From Lama glama (Eukaryota), in contig CM052816.1 of NCBI GenBank assembly GCA_028534125.1, positions 52,206,001-52,270,000 of the forward strand: a stretch of DNA of 64,000 bases, given 5' to 3'. Made by a program: the position numbers and the translations under genes. Below the pieces are notes generated by a model. The model was not told where the DNA came from, did not search any database, and saw only the letters and a list, made by a program, of their open reading frames with translations. Numbering within the stretch: the stretch's first letter is position 1; every line of letters starts with the position of its first letter. Shown here in pieces: positions 25,878 through 40,963 of this stretch.

Positions 25878-26834
25878 TAAGTACTAAAATACAAATTTAG
25901 TACAAGAAAATCATGTCCAATTTCTTATGGTAGAGGTCAGTATATGACAAAATAAAATAGTAGGAATGTAACTATTGATGAAGCCACTTAATACCATAAA
26001 GGTGATTTATGCCACATGACAATAACTTGTTCTGTTACTTAAGTGATTGGTTTCATCACCTTGAAAGTTACATTAAATCTAACTATGGTAACAGATTTCC
26101 AAGTTTCCTTGAAGCATTATTCAGTAGATTTAAATATCAGTTATAAAATTTAATTTAACAATTTTTTCTAGTCTCACATAAAATCAAAATATACATATTT
26201 TAGAACTTGCCAAAATTAAGTGATTATTCCCTCTCTGGACCTAGCTCTGAATGCAATAAGATGTAAATTTTAGGATGAGCTAAAAACTGGTCATAATCTA
26301 ATGCCCTGTTATTTCTAGTTTACCACAACACCAAGTAGTATTTTATACTTCTCTTCTTTACCCACTGTCTGAAGGTTAAAGACTTCAAAGTTTTGAAATG
26401 GAAGCATTTCCTTAGGGATTCTAGGGAGTGTCTCCTGTTGGCCTGTACTAGAAATTTTCCTGTCCACCAATCTACTGTCTAACATCGGAAGAGAGAGTTC
26501 CTGAAGCCTGGAAATGCCTGGGGTGAGGAAGGGGAACAGTTTAGGTAGTTGCATTAAGACTGTTCATCAAGTCAACTCCAGTGCTTTGACCTTCACCAAA
26601 AGGTTTCCATATCATTTACTTTTCATGTGATGCACAGATTACTATTTTGTTTCTTTTTGTTGTTGTTTATATTGGTCCTAGCCCACTAAAATAATTTCCT
26701 CAGCTTCAAAGGGTTTGGGTTTTTTTGAGGAGTTGGGGGTTCACCTGAATTGTACCTAAAGGGGAAGTTTGGGATTGGCATGGTAATTATTCTTTCTTAG
26801 CTAATAATATAATTACAAAAAGAATGGAGTATCC

Positions 26835-27305
<471 letters not shown>

Positions 27306-28224
27306 GCCATGGGAGGGAAAAAAACACTACACAGCTGGAGCCCAAGAAGATTCAGGCTTATATATATTTTTTCCCAGATCTCCCAAACCTAGAATGGTAT
27401 AGGTTTAAAAGCTGGGAGAAAGTATACCAGAATATTTGCAGTGATTGCCTTTGGGTGATGGGGAATATGTTGATGAGCATCTTGCCATCTGCCCCAGTTC
27501 TCATTCTCTTGGTTGCTAGGATATTCTGATTATCTCTTCACTTGATAGAATCCAAATTCATAAACTGTATTGCCATTCCCAGAGACTCTTTAATAACATA
27601 TTCTTGAATACTACTTAAGTTTATTTATGGCTAGCTTGAGCTAAAACAAACATAAATCTCAGTTGGAGAGCTGTTCAGTTGAGCTAGCATATCTCCTCAA
27701 ATGATGAGTCTCATTTTATGACCCTCCTGTGGTGTATGTAATTGGATTTGGTTGTTTCTTAACGTATTTATATATCACATTTGTTGGTACATTTCCCTTT
27801 TTTTTTTTTCAATGGCAGAGAGAAAATTTTAAATCTTTGTTATCAAGCACAGCAAGGAAATAGGGATACCAGTTAGGAAAAAGAGACAGAATTTATTTTT
27901 TGTCCTTCCTTCTGCTTCCCAACTTGCTGGTCGGTTCCACACATCCTGAGCACCTGCTGTGTGCTGGGCATACTAGGTCCTGAAAAAAAGGGGAGAGATT
28001 TACGTACGAAAATAACTATTGCTCTCAGGTTTTTAGAAATACTCAGTTTTTCACCACCACCCCCCAGTGTAAGAGGAAACTGAATCCTCCAGGTAACCCC
28101 CAAATTTGCTGCCAGATACTGGTCATTTTGGGCAACTATTTTCTCAATAAAGTATAGGGAAAAATGCTTTTCCAAAGCTTTCTAGACAATCAATCAGGTT
28201 CTGACTGTAATAAAAGAAATATTA

Positions 28225-28830
28225 CGCAGCCACATTTGGAAAACAAGCATTTTCTCAAAATGTTAGACATAGAGTCATCGTATGGCCCAGCAACTCCACT
28301 CCTTGATATATACACAAAAGAAATGAAAACATGATTACACAAAAAGTTCTATGCAAATGTTCACAGTAGCATTGCTCATAATAGCCAAAAAGTGGAAACA
28401 TCCCAAATGTCCGTCAGCTGATGGATAAATGGATAAACAAAATGTGCTACATCCATGCAACTGAATATTATTCCACAATAAAAGGAATGAAGTACTGATA
28501 CATGCTACAACATGAATGAACTTTGAAAACAGTATACTGAATAAAAAAGCCACACACAGAAGGCCACATGATTCCATTTACATGAAATGAGATTTCCAGA
28601 GTAGTCAAATCTGTAGAGACAGAAAGTAGATTAATGGTTGCCTGGGAGTAGGGAGTGACTGATAATAGGTACAGGGTTTCTTTTAGGGGTGATGGAAATG
28701 TTCTAAAAGTGGATAGTGATGATGATTCTACAACTATAGGAATATAATTTTAAAATATAATCACTGAGTTATACACATTAAAAGGGTGCACTGTGTAATG
28801 TGTGACATATCTCAATAAAGAAGTTTTTTA
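28225..28830 (+). mobile_element. L1MB-like 3' end
   Basis: cccagcaactccactcc...aatagccaaaaagtggaaacatcccaaatgtcc...tatctcaataaag. Confidence 0.85.
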
Positions 28831-29201
28831 AAGTCTTTGGAATCAAAAATCAAAAAAGTTTTACTGCAGTGCTGTCACTTTGACAGCATCTTTAGAAAAT
28901 CCAAAATTGCCTGCTTGATAGAAGATACTGTAAACTGTCTTCAATCCATGAAAGTTATATAATTTTTTATGGCTTTGCTCTCATTCTCCACAGTGATTAA
29001 AACTTTGTCCTCTTCCTAAAGCTGCAGTTCTCTCTCCCACCACTTAACGTACTTGGTGTGGCAAAGACTTACCGACCTGGCTTCTAATACCTGCTCTTTA
29101 CTACTGCCCATTACCTTTGCACTTTAGGCTTTGTTAACTTTAAGCCTAGCTTAACCTCAACTTTCTTATCTACTGAATGGGATTAGTAATGACAACTTCT
29201 T

Positions 29202-29337
29202 TTTTTCTTTTTAAAAATATTTGGGATGGGTAATTTGGTTTATTTTATTTATTTATTATTTTTAGTGAAGGTGCTGGGGATTGAACCTTGTGCATACTAA
29301 ACACACACTATACCACTGAGCTCTACTGTCCCTGCCC
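29202..29337 (-). mobile_element. tRNA-derived SINE (vic-1-like) inserted in a MIR
   Basis: Reverse A/B boxes (ggggattgaacc, taccactgagct). TSD gacaacttctt at 29191-29201 and 29340-29350. Confidence 0.8.
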
Positions 29338-30299
29338 ACGACAACTTCTTAGGGTAATTCTGAGGGTTAATTAAAATCTTATATGTTAAGTTTCTAGCAC
29401 ACAGAAGGTACCCTAAAAATGTCAGGTCCTACTCCCTCACCTGTGCTACTTTAGCAAAATTACCTTGTTTTATAGCTTACAGAAAATACTAATATTAACA
29501 AGACCACAATGAACAAGCTCATTTACTCATTTTCACCTTAACGTATCACTTTTTCTTCCCTCACTCTTGAGGCAAAAAAAAATCCCCTGCTTTTAAATTC
29601 AATCCCTTCCTCTGCACCGTTTTATTCTAGACTCCATTTTTTTCTGTCCTCAGGACCTTGCTCTGTTGTCCTACCCGTTACTATTTTAAACCTCATCACA
29701 AATTACTTCTCTGCTTAATTTTCTTGGAGCTTTCTTGGGTTAAATAACCTTAATGTAAGCCTCAAAAATATCTATAGTGGTCTGTCACTTCTGTGTTGTG
29801 CTCATGTTTTTATCTCCTTTGAGACTCAGCTGAGGGATCAGACCCCAGAGAGTGTCCTCCCTCTCACTGGACCCAGATGACGCACAATTCTGTGGCCATC
29901 TAGCATCCTCCCACACATCCCCACTGCTGACATACTTTTCTGCCTCCCTGCACCAATCTTTTTGGTGCAGGAAGTGCAATTTTTTTTTTATCTCTACTTC
30001 TGGCATCTAGTATATCTCCTAGCAAAGTAGGGGTTCGAAAATTCAATCTAATAAATGGCCCCATAGGTGTTATATAAAAATAGGGTCCTCCCACATAACG
30101 CCGCTTTGTAACCTGCCTTTTTTTCCCCACTTGATATATTAGAAGATTAATTTCTATAAATTTTTTATTGACTACATAGTATTCAATTATGAGGATGAAA
30201 TATATTTGAACCAATTTTTTTTAACATTTTTTATTGAGTTATAGAGATTTTGCAATGTTGTGTTTGAATCAATCTTTAATAGTTGGAAAAAATTGGGGG

Positions 30300-30401
30300 T
30301 TTTTTGTTGTTTTGTTTTTATACTTTTAAAATTTTTTTTAAATATTTTTTCTGGGGGGAGGTCATTAGGTCTATTTGTTATTATTATTTTATAAATATAT
30401 A

Positions 30402-30439
<38 letters not shown>

Positions 30440-30548
30440 AATATATATACATATATATATGTATTTTAATGGAGGTACTAGGGATTGAACCCAGAACCTC
30501 AGTGCATACTAGGCATGTGCTCTACCATTTGAGCTATACCCTCCCCTC
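30300..30548 (-). mobile_element. tRNA-derived SINE (vic-1-like) with internal (TG)n(TA)n microsatellite
   Basis: ggaggtactagggattgaaccc...tgagctataccctcccc head, with the ggggaggtcattaggt tail on the left. Confidence 0.8.
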
Positions 30549-30984
30549 TTGGAAATCAATGTTTTTAAAGACTGAGTATTAAAGGTTTTAAATGGAACAT
30601 ATTTCTGAGCTCTGGTTAGGATGTGATTCTAGCCTAGGGTTTTTCTGTTTTTAAGTGTTTTCCCAACAGCCCTCAGGGAAATTGGGCTAGAATTCTGCCA
30701 TCCTCTTTCCCATCAGGCACAATAGAAAGAATAATGTTTCTGTAATACACTGGGGTAATCAAATGAGGCTACTCACGGCCAGAAAGCCCTGGTCTGAGGG
30801 CTCTGCCTTAACTCGGCCCTCGTCTGAGGGAACCAGAATCCGACACCTTTGTAGCCCACGGCCACCATTTGAAAATCTATTGTCTACATAAAAAGTTGTA
30901 GCTCAGCCCCAAAGTCAGGCTGCTGGAGTTCTAGTATGAAGGGGTTTTATAGAAACTATGTGTAATTCTTTCTTTTAACCTCAG

Positions 30985-31111
30985 GGAACCACCACAAGGA
31001 GCTCATTTTCTTGCCAACAGTCTGGATGATGCCTTAAAAGTTATTGAGCAACCAGAATTAACAAATAAAGTGGACATGGTTTGGATAGTGGGGGGGAGTT
31101 CTGTTTATAAG
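30985..31111 (+). CDS. DHFR: Dihydrofolate reductase, exon 4
   Basis: cctcag|GGAACC...TATAAG|gtaagt. 127 nt, [42 protein letters not shown]. Confidence 0.97.
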
Positions 31112-32139
31112 GTAAGTAAAATTATCTGTGAATATGAAGAAATAGTCTACCCTCTTTCTTGCAGCTTCCCTACTATCTGAACTTGAAAAAATTAAGCCAT
31201 GAGCAAAGGAAGTACATTATTTCTCCTGTAAGTTAGACATATTGTCAATTTGAATTATTCGGTTTTTGAAACTATCATACAATCTAAATGAAAATGTAAA
31301 AGTAAGTCTTTAGGTCAGTTCCAGTCTCTTTTCAATTCAAAATAGTTGCTGTTTCCAGTTTTCAAAACATTCTAAATCCTTCCTGAGAACTGTGCTTGCA
31401 CTGCATTGTTTTCTCCTCCCTGGATGTGTACACTGAACTATCCCATTTACTTCAAGGATAAATATGTCTCTTACTGAAAAGGGGCTGTGGCTCTAGTTGA
31501 TACACACTGACTAGATGTATATGAACTTGTTAAAAAGCAGAAGACTTTCCCTCAACGATTTTCATATAAAGTGAGAGTATAGGGAATGTGTTATATGATT
31601 TCATATCGTAAAGGAAGACGCTATGTTAAATAGAAAATATTCCTTTTTCTTGATAGCAAATGACTTCCAGCTTTAAAAATTTTTGAGGGTAGTAAACAGA
31701 ATTTTGTAACACTAATGAAAGATTAACATTTATGGAGAGGAAAAATAATCAGCCTCTACCCTTTGGTGGTTTATGGTAACAGAAACACTGAAATTATTTT
31801 AGAAAGAAGAGGTATATCAGAATTCTAGGTGGATTATAAAAACTATTTCTTAGGTTCCTGTTTCTACAACCTCTTATTTTCTCCATTTGTAATGGGGAAA
31901 ATGGACATTTTCCTTTGATCTTTTCAGCCAAGTATGAATTTCTAAGAAAACAGTGACTATCACATTTTGAATGATTCAGTACCCTAATCACTTGAAAATG
32001 TATTCTTTAACCAGTATAAATACTTAAATACATTTATATAATTTGATATATCTATACATATATAAATAATAAAGAAACAGAATCTCTACATGATAATTTT
32101 GTATTATCCACCTACCTCACACACAGTGACTTGTAAAAC

Positions 32140-32310
32140 ATTCAGGTCTACCAGCCTGTTTTTGTAAATAAAATTTCCTTGGAACACAGCCACATCCATT
32201 GGTTTAGTGTTGCCTGTGGCTACTTTTGCCTACAAAGCTGAGAAATCTTATGGTTCACAAAGCCTAAAATACTTACTGGCTGACGCTTTACAGAAGAAGT
32301 AGGCCACATG
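32140..32310. mobile_element. MER58-like hAT-Charlie MITE
   Basis: gcctgtttttgtaaataaaa...ggaacacagccac...aaagcctaaaatacttact...ctttacagaa. Confidence 0.7.
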
Positions 32311-33285
32311 TCATCAACTTTCATGCAAACCTTCAAATGATGCTGTGGTTAGTCCTATTCATTTTTTCTAGTCTTCATAGAGTAAGAATTGGTAGAATAT
32401 TGATTTGGCTGGCAAGAGAATATATGATTTAATGTGAGCCATAGTACTGAAAAAAATAAAATTTGTTCTATGCTCTTACATGGAATTTTAAGGATTACAA
32501 ACACTTGAAATGATATGTATATGTTTTTGGTTTTGGTTTTGATTTTCCTGTAAGCTGTTTCAAAATCAAGAGTTGCTGCTTTCTTAGAGTTGCAGTTAGA
32601 ACTCCTGACTTTTTATTAGAATTTTAAGGTATTTGTTCCAGGACAGTTTTTTCTGTAGAAACTGTCAACAGGACTGTAGGCAGTAGTAGAAAAGCAATTA
32701 ACAATATAAGGCCAAATGCAATCATTGGCAATAAGGGACAGAATAAATCACCTATTAGCATTATAACTATCTGCTGAGAAATTAAAGCATTATTAAATTT
32801 TATATAAATGTACTAAGTATGCCCTTGGGATTTTCAGTAGTCCAGGTTTGATGAAATTATATCCATATATCCAAATTCATCCAAGATGAAATCTTATCCA
32901 TATATACATATGTACATTTTTCTATGGAGTGTAACTAGATAATTTGCGGGTTTTAATTCTTAAACAAGAACCATAAGAACAAAAGACAAAATTGAATGCT
33001 TAAATGAAAAAAGAGTTCATGTAAGCAAACTAGAGCCCAGAATATATTTGAACTCACCCTTGTAATTATTGATAATGATTAGTACCATTCTCAACTAAGT
33101 CATACTTTTCAGGGCCCCAAACTAAACAATAGGATAACTAATTAAATAGCATGCTTTGGAGGTAACAAGTTATGTAGCATGTCCTTACAAACTTGACTAT
33201 GTAATAAGAACAAAAAAAATTAGAATTTCTATGTCTTTTGACACAGATAAATAAGGAAATTGATGCCTTTTGTTCTGTTTCAAAG

Positions 33286-33401
33286 GAAGCTATGGACAAG
33301 CCAGGCCATCTTAGATTATTTGTGACAAGGATCATGCAGGAATTTGAGAGTGACACATTTTTTCCAGAAATTGATTTGGGAAAATACAAACTTCTTTCAG
33401 A
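33286..33401 (+). CDS. DHFR: Dihydrofolate reductase, exon 5
   Basis: tcaaag|GAAGCT...TTCAGA|gtaagt. 116 nt, [38 protein letters not shown](E). Confidence 0.97.
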
Positions 33402-33619
33402 GTAAGTAGAATGTTATTAATTTGTCTGAAGCAACTTTGGATTTCCTGCTTAAGAATTACAGGAAAGAAAATGTCTCTTCAGATTGAATTTGAGGTAGTA
33501 ATGTGTTATATAGACAAATACTGTAGGAATTTTTGGATATCTGCTTTAACAGACTTGAGAATGTTCAGGATTTAATGATGTTACTGAAATCTAGAGTAGT
33601 CACTAGTTCATTCTATGAG

Positions 33620-34170
33620 ATCTGTGGCTATTAAGCATCAGACATTGCCTTAGGCACTGGGGATACAGTGTTTACCAAGACAGGTGCTGTCACTCCTCTC
33701 CAGGACATTACATTCTGTATAGTAGTGGAGGAGGGTGGCAAATAGCAGATAAACATCAAGAGTTGCTGTTGGTGAATTGAAATATTGTAATATGGTAGAT
33801 ACTGTGTAGCCTGAGAAGTCCTCTCTGAAGAGTGATTCCACATGGAAATCTAAATAGTAAGAAGCCAGCCATGCAAAGAGCTGAGAAGAGCATTCCAGAA
33901 ACCAGAAATAGCTAGTGCAGAGGCCTGCAAGCAGGAACAAGCCTGGCATGCTCCCTGAGCCTGAAAGCCACTGTGAGCAAGGGGGAGGCCAAAAGGGATC
34001 GGACCAAGTGTGGGTTTAGAGGGTTCTGAATAGAGAGTGACACAGTTCTGTTTATGGGGAATGGACTGGAGGGGACAGGAGTAAAGCAGGGGGGGGCAGT
34101 TACAGTAGTTCTGGTGAAAGATGAGGGGACTTGGTCTGCAGTGGGGGAGGTGGAAGAAGAGGTTACACTT
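33620..34170 (+). mobile_element. L2 fragment
   Basis: ttaggcactggggatacagtg...ctctctgaagagtgatt...gcattccagaaa...agtgcagaggcctg, typical L2 3' motifs. Confidence 0.65.
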
Positions 34171-34929
34171 GCTTTACTATGCAGTTGTGATTTTAGCATG
34201 AAACTGATTTTGAAACCATTTTAGTTTAAAATGTTTAGTTTTCAGCTGTTGGCAATGAAGAGTAAAAGATTAATTATATCAGTACTTCTAGACTGGCTCT
34301 TAACGCATTCTTTCAGATATTCTTAGTTGAATTCAGTCATTATTCTTTGAATGCAAGTTTGATTTTAGAAATACCTCCTAAAAGAACAATCAGAGCCAAA
34401 TCAGAATAAATGGATGGCCCAACTTTAGAATAATAGTATATTACTTTGTAGAGTAATAGGTAATGGCCTTGAATCAAATGAAGTGTGTGACTGATTTTCC
34501 CGGCTTTTAAGTAGCTCTAAAAAAAAAAAAAAACCCTGAAAATTCTAAGAACTCTAAAAAAGCTGAAGTATAGGCTTTAGCTTATGGTCTCCAAAAGTAA
34601 CTGCTTAGAAAAATCACACTTGCTGTTTTCACATATATTTATATAAAAATCAACTGTGTTTCTTTGTCCCACCTTATTCTCTCTTGTACTGCTTACATTG
34701 CTGATTCTCACATTAAATGAATATTAATCTCTGCTCTCTCTCATTTCTTACCTTTCCCTTTGCTTACTAACAAAAAGAATGGATTACTATGTGAATCAGC
34801 TACATATTAACGTTTCCAAACCCTATTGCTCTCAATCAGACCTCTTTCCAAAGCTGTGACCCTTCAGGATCCTTGATAAAACAAATACAATTATGGCTCT
34901 GACTTTTAGAAAAGGCAAAGTTAAAACAT

Positions 34930-37440
34930 CTTTACTGAGGAATGATTCACACACACAACATTCACTCATTTAAAGTATGTAGTTCAGTAGTTTTAGTATA
35001 TTCAGAATTGTGTAACCATCACCATAATCTGAAGGTCAGAACATTTTCACTACCCCCCCCCAAAACCCTGTACACATTAGCAGTTGCTCTCCATCCCCCT
35101 CCTAGCTCTAAGAACCACTAATCTATTTTTGGTCTCTATAGATATGCCTATTGTGGATATTTTATATTAACAGAATCATATGAGGTCTTTCTTGGAATTG
35201 GCTTCTTTCACTTAGCATACCGTTCTCAAGGTCATCCATATTGTAATAGGTACCAGTATTTTATGCCAAAAAGTATTTCATTGTAATGGATTTACATTTT
35301 ATTGATCCATTCACCAATTAGTAGACATTTAGTTTATCTCCACTCTGGCTAACATAATGCTGTTGTGAACATTCATGTACAAGTTTTTGTGGGGATGTAT
35401 ATTTTCATACCTCTTGGGTATAATCTGGAAGAAGAATTACTGGGTCATATGGTGACTCTGTGTTTAACATGTCGAGGAACTGCTGAACTTTTGATAATGT
35501 GACTGTGCCTTTTTACAGTCCCACCAGAAATGAGTGAGGATTCCAGTTTCTCCATATCCTTGCCAACACTTGTTATTGTCTGCCTTTTTTGGTTATAGCC
35601 ATCCTAGCTGGTATGAGGCGGTATCTCAATTGGGGTTTTGATTTGTATTTCCCTAATGACTAATGATGTTGAGCATCTTTTCAGGTGCTTATTGGACATT
35701 TGTATATCTTCTTTGGAAAAATATCTATTCAAATTCTTTGCCCATTTAAAAAACGGCAAAAAAAAAACTTTCTCTTATTGAGTTTTCAGAATATTTTTGA
35801 ATATTCTGAGTGTGGGTCCTTTATCAGATATATGAGTTGAAAATATTGTCTCCCATTATCTGAATTCTTTTCACTTTTCTAATTAATCTTTTGTTTTTCA
35901 TAATCATTTGCATCACAAAGGTTTTTAATTTTGATGTCCAATTTTTCTAATTTTTTTCTTTTGTCACTTGTCCTATTGGTATCATACTTAAGCAACCATT
36001 ACCTAATCCAAACTTAGAGATTTATTCCTGTGTTTTCTTTCAAGAGTCATATAGTTTTAACTCTTATTTTAAGTCTGTGATCGTTTGAGTTAATTTACAT
36101 ATTGTGTAAGGAAGAGGTCCAAGTTCGTTCTTTCGTAAGCAGCTATCCAGTTGTCCTCGCACTGTTTATTGAAAAGACTATTCTTTTCACCCATTGAATT
36201 GTTTTGGCACGGTTGTCAAAAATCAGTTGACCATAAATGTGAGGGTTTATTTCTGGACACTCTGTTCTGTTCGACCTACATGTGTATCTTTATGCCAGTA
36301 CCACACTGTCTTGATAACTGCAGCTGTGTAGTAACCTTTGCGATCTGGAAGTACAGGTCCTCCAGCTTTGTTGTTGTGACTCTTTTGTGTTCTTTGCATT
36401 TCCATGTGAATTTTATGATCAGCTTGTCAATTTCTGCCAAAAAGCGAGCTCGGGTTTTGATAGAGATTGTACTGTATCTGTGGATCACTTTGGAGAGTAT
36501 TGCCATCACAGTAATATTAAGTCTGCCAAACCATGAACATTTGATGTCTTTCACTTTATTTAGGTCTTCCTTAATTTCTTTGCTAAACTTATTCTTGAGT
36601 ATTTTGTTCTTTTTGATGCTATTATAAATGGAATTGTTTTCTTAATTTTATTTTCAGACTGTTTATTGCTAATGTATAGAAATATAGTTGATTTTTGTTC
36701 ATTGATCTTTTATCCTCCAACCTCAGTGAACTCATGTATTCTAATTGTTAATGGATTCCTTCCGGTTTTCTATACAGAATATATCACTTGCAAATAGAGA
36801 TAGTTCTGCTTCTTCCTTTCTAATCTGGATGTTTTTAATTTCTTTTTCTTGCCTAGCTGCCCTGGCTAGAACCTCCAGTACAACGTTGACTAGAAATGGC
36901 AAGAGCAGGCATCCTTGTCTTGTTCCTGATCTTAGAGGGAAAGCATCCGTTAAATCTGATGTTAGCTGTGGGTTTCTCATACATGTCCTTTATCACATTG
37001 AGGAAGATCTCTTCTATTTCTAATCCATTGAGTGTTTTTATCATGAAAGGGTATTGGACTTTGTCAAATATTTTGAGTCTATTGAGATGATTATGCGGTT
37101 TTTGTCTTTAAAAAGACAAAATATACTAATTAATACTTAATACACTGTTAATATGGTAATTACATTAATTTTTCTACTAAACCAACCTTGCATTTTTGGG
37201 ATAAATCCCACTTGGTAGTAGCATATAATGCTTTTTATAGGTTGCTGAATTCGGTCTGTTAATATTTTGTTGAAGATTTTTCCATTTATATTCATAAGGA
37301 TATTGGTCTGTAGTTTCTTTGTGTAATGTCTTCATCTAGTTTTGGTGTCAGGATAATGACAGAATTGAGTTGGGAAGTGCTCTCTCCTCTTCTCCATTTT
37401 GGAAGAATTTGTGAAGGATTAGTATTAATTCTTAAGTGTC
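34930..37440 (-). mobile_element. Degraded L1 (ORF2 RT and C-terminal region plus 3' UTR) in DHFR intron 5
   Basis: Minus-strand ORF fragments [12 protein letters not shown]...[27 protein letters not shown] (decayed FADD) and KDIKCSWFGRLNI...[12 protein letters not shown], with many frameshifts. Confidence 0.92.
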
Positions 37441-39751
37441 TTAAAAATTTTTAATGTGAGTATATTGAGATAGGAAATTGCTCCAAAATGGACAAGGCTA
37501 TGGAAGAAAACAAAAAAATCCTTTCTTCCACTGCAGCATTTGATGGTCATCTTACTTTCAAGCCTGTGCTAACATAATAACAGCCTTTTTAACATAGGCT
37601 GGAGGGAATCCCTTAAGGGATAAAGGGAGATCTGTAGTAAATCCATCTTTCATGAAATAGAAGAAAAGGAAACCTGAAGCAAAGAATATACTTTGTTCCT
37701 GGCCGTGTGTAACACTGCTCAATTCTGGAGCTTTCTTTCCAACTCAGTGGACAGTGGGCAACTTAGACTTGCTCTCTCCTGTCCAGAAATGAATTCTGAT
37801 CACTCTTTACTCCCCTTTGTTCTTTCCCCACAGCTACCCATGTAGTCTAGACCGCCATTAGCCCACCCATAGGCCTCTTGTAGTTATACATAGTTTTCAG
37901 TCCAAACACAGTATCTTTTATTAACACCACACTTCCTGGTAATAAAAGCACTAGTATAATGAAATAAAGATGAAAGGGGACTACAGTGAAGCAAGAAGAG
38001 AATAAATTAAAATGTAGATGAAGTCACAAGTGGTAGAAGTCTAAAAGCAGAGTATTAACAAAGATGGTTTTACTTTGTATCTCCCTTTTTTCCCAGTGGG
38101 TCACTGTCTAAGCAGTTTTTTGTTTTTTGTTTTTTTGACAGCACCATGCCAGCCTGTCTTCTAAGGCTCTGCCCTCATTTATCTTGCCTGAAAGAAATCT
38201 TTCTATCTCAAACTATTTGACACTAGGCTGCAACCAAACCAGCAGGGCAAAATATTTTGTACCAGTAGTTTTCCCAATTAATGAGCCCCAAACAGGCTTT
38301 CTCTAGTTAACAACCTTCCACATGACCATTTAGCCAAAGAAGATTCAAGACCAGAAGAGGCCTCTGAAGCAGTAAGTAGTTGGCTTCAGAGCGGGGACAG
38401 ATGCCCATGACCAGTGGACAGCTTGAAGTAGGTTTTAGGTGGGCTGACATTTCCCCTTCTGTTCCCATTATTTCCTGACTGTCCAACAGGATCCTGGCAT
38501 ATTTGTCCACATCATTTGTACACCCTTCCCCACCTCCTGAGCTTGTGCTTCCTGTAGAGTCATCATTTTGTTTCAGTTTGATTTGGTCAATATAGATACC
38601 TGTTTCATGAACTCTGTTCACCTCTCTTTTAGACCTTCCGTCAGATCATCTCTGTGTTACTCTCATGATCCTTTCTCAGTTCACCTGGATCTTACGTTTA
38701 TTCGTATTAATTTGCTTCCTTAATGCTTGAAGATTCTAGAAGGGAGTCTGGGTGGTTCATAGCAAATAGGTGGCATTTCCAAATCCTGTTAGACTTAGAG
38801 CTCAAAGGAGGCTTTTAGACAGTTTGTTCTTCAGAGAAGTTTGGAATTATGATTAGGAGGTAGTGATAGTCATTATTAAAACAGACTGAATGTGTGGCTG
38901 TGGAAAGTAAAATTAATCTTAAACAGAATGAAATTGTAGTTTCACAGAGAAGATGACCATTAATACCATAGCTACTGACTGTATCCAGCCAATAACATAG
39001 TTATTTCTAAGTCATTATTATTCATGGTTTTAGAAATAACCTTGACTGATACTTGCTTTTATCTTATTAACTGACAGTCTTGAGACACTTGAGAATTTTA
39101 CACACAAAAAAATGTAAATGTTGCTTTTGGTGATTCATCTAAAGAAACTAAAATTGTGGTTTAAAGGTGGCCTAGTAAAATCATTTCTTTAAAAAAAAGA
39201 AAAAACTATACAGCTACTAAAACAGTGGAACAGAAACAGCTTAGGAAATGGTTAATAAATAGGAACATAGTTTCTTCCTCTGAAATATAAATTATTCACA
39301 TTTTTCTTTTCCATACACATTATTATGCTGTTGTTTCATGTCTCCAGTTACTTTTTATCAAAATGGCATAATCTCTAATTACTCAACAAAAGGTTATTAT
39401 TCAGCATTGTGTTAGATATAAGAGATTTAAAATTTTTCCTGTATTATCTCTGCCTACAGTGATGTCAGAAAGTGGGATGAAACAAATACTAATGGGTAAC
39501 ATTTGTAGAGCACTTAATGTATTATCATGCACAATGCTAAATTCTTTATAAGGATGAAGACTTTATTGATAGCCAAGTGTTGCACAGCAGAGCCAGAGTC
39601 AAACACAAGCCTGATTAAAGCAAGTGTTCCTGAGCCCACCCCCACCTTGAGCATATTGGGTCCTGCCAGCACAATACTGTAGAAGTGTACCAAGATCAGG
39701 GTTGTCGATGGGAGTGGTCAAACAGCCTTCAGCGGGAAGACCTGGGTTTTG

Positions 39752-40459
39752 GTTTTTTGATGGTGGAGGGGTTCAGTGAAAAATAACTTTTATTATAGTT
39801 AAAAATACAACATGAGATCTAGTCTCAACAAATGTTTAAGTATACAATACAGTTTTGTTAACTGTCGGCAAGGTGTTACACAGAAGACCTCCAGAACTTA
39901 CCTTGTATAACTGTAACTTTGTATGCCCTTTGAACAGCTACTCTGTTTCCTCCTTCCTCCACCCTCTGTCAACTACCCTTCTACTCTCTGTTTCTACAAG
40001 TTTGACCATGGTAGACATCTGGTAGAAGTAGAACCATGCAGTATGTGTTCTTTTGTGACTGACTTATTCCACTTAGCTAAGGTCCCCCAAGTTCATCAAT
40101 GTTGTTGCACATGGCAGGATTTCCTTCTTTTTTAAAGCTGAATGATATTCCATGGTATGTATATACCACATTTTCTGTATCCATTCATCTGTCACTAGAC
40201 ATTTAGATTGTTTCTGTATCTTGGCTCTTGTGAATATGGAAGTGCAGGTATCTCTTCAAGAGCCTGACTTCAGTTATCAAAAAACCTAGAGATGGGTTTT
40301 GGTGAGGATGTGGAGAAATTGGCACTCTTGTACACTCATGGTAGGAGTGTAAAATGATGCAGCCACTAGGGAAAAGAGGAGGATGATTCCTCAAAATACC
40401 AAAAATAAAGCTGCTCTATGATCCAGTGACCCCACTTCTAGGTATGTACCACAAGAGGG
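39752..40459 (-). mobile_element. L1MA-like 3' fragment with a 5' inversion
   Basis: Minus-strand 3' end at ~39780-40275, then a plus-strand L1 segment at ~40276-40457. Direct repeat cctgggttttg at 39741-39751 and 40460-40470. Confidence 0.75.
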
Positions 40460-40963
40460 CCTGGGTTTTGACTTAGAAGCTGGAGGGAATACAGACCTAC
40501 ATGAACATTAGGGAGTAGAAAAGATCAGATAAGCAGTGATGCTGGTAAAGGATCTGCATTAAGCCACACACAGGGGAATTAGATTAGTGTGATGTCCAGT
40601 GATTAAACAAATCAAGAATTACCATGCACCACACATAACTTCAGTTCCACTCTAACAGCTAAAAGTTGTATTTTATTTTTCCTTGACCCACACAGGAAAT
40701 TTGATACCAAGTGTAAGACTTGGAAAAAGTTCTTAAGAAATTTCATATTAGCTGGGTGATAGAGTGAAAAGATAAAAGAAACTGCTAAAAGAAACTGCTA
40801 ACAGTGGTTAGTTTAGGGGAGAAAAATTAGGAGTCAAAAGGAGAGGAGGAAGGCTTACACTTTTTCATTTTCTAACTTTCTGTATAGTTTGAGATGTTTT
40901 TATACTATTTGCATGTGTAGTGTATTTGCACAATATCTAAGTATACATCTTTTTCTTTTACAG

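Noticed and set aside
36151..37090. Hydrophobic 158-aa ORF and neighbours resembling membrane proteins
   Set aside because: These are antisense or frameshifted readings of a decayed L1 ORF2.
40775..40801. 13-bp tandem duplication aaaagaaactgct
   Set aside because: An ordinary slippage duplication inside an old L1 remnant with no functional cue.
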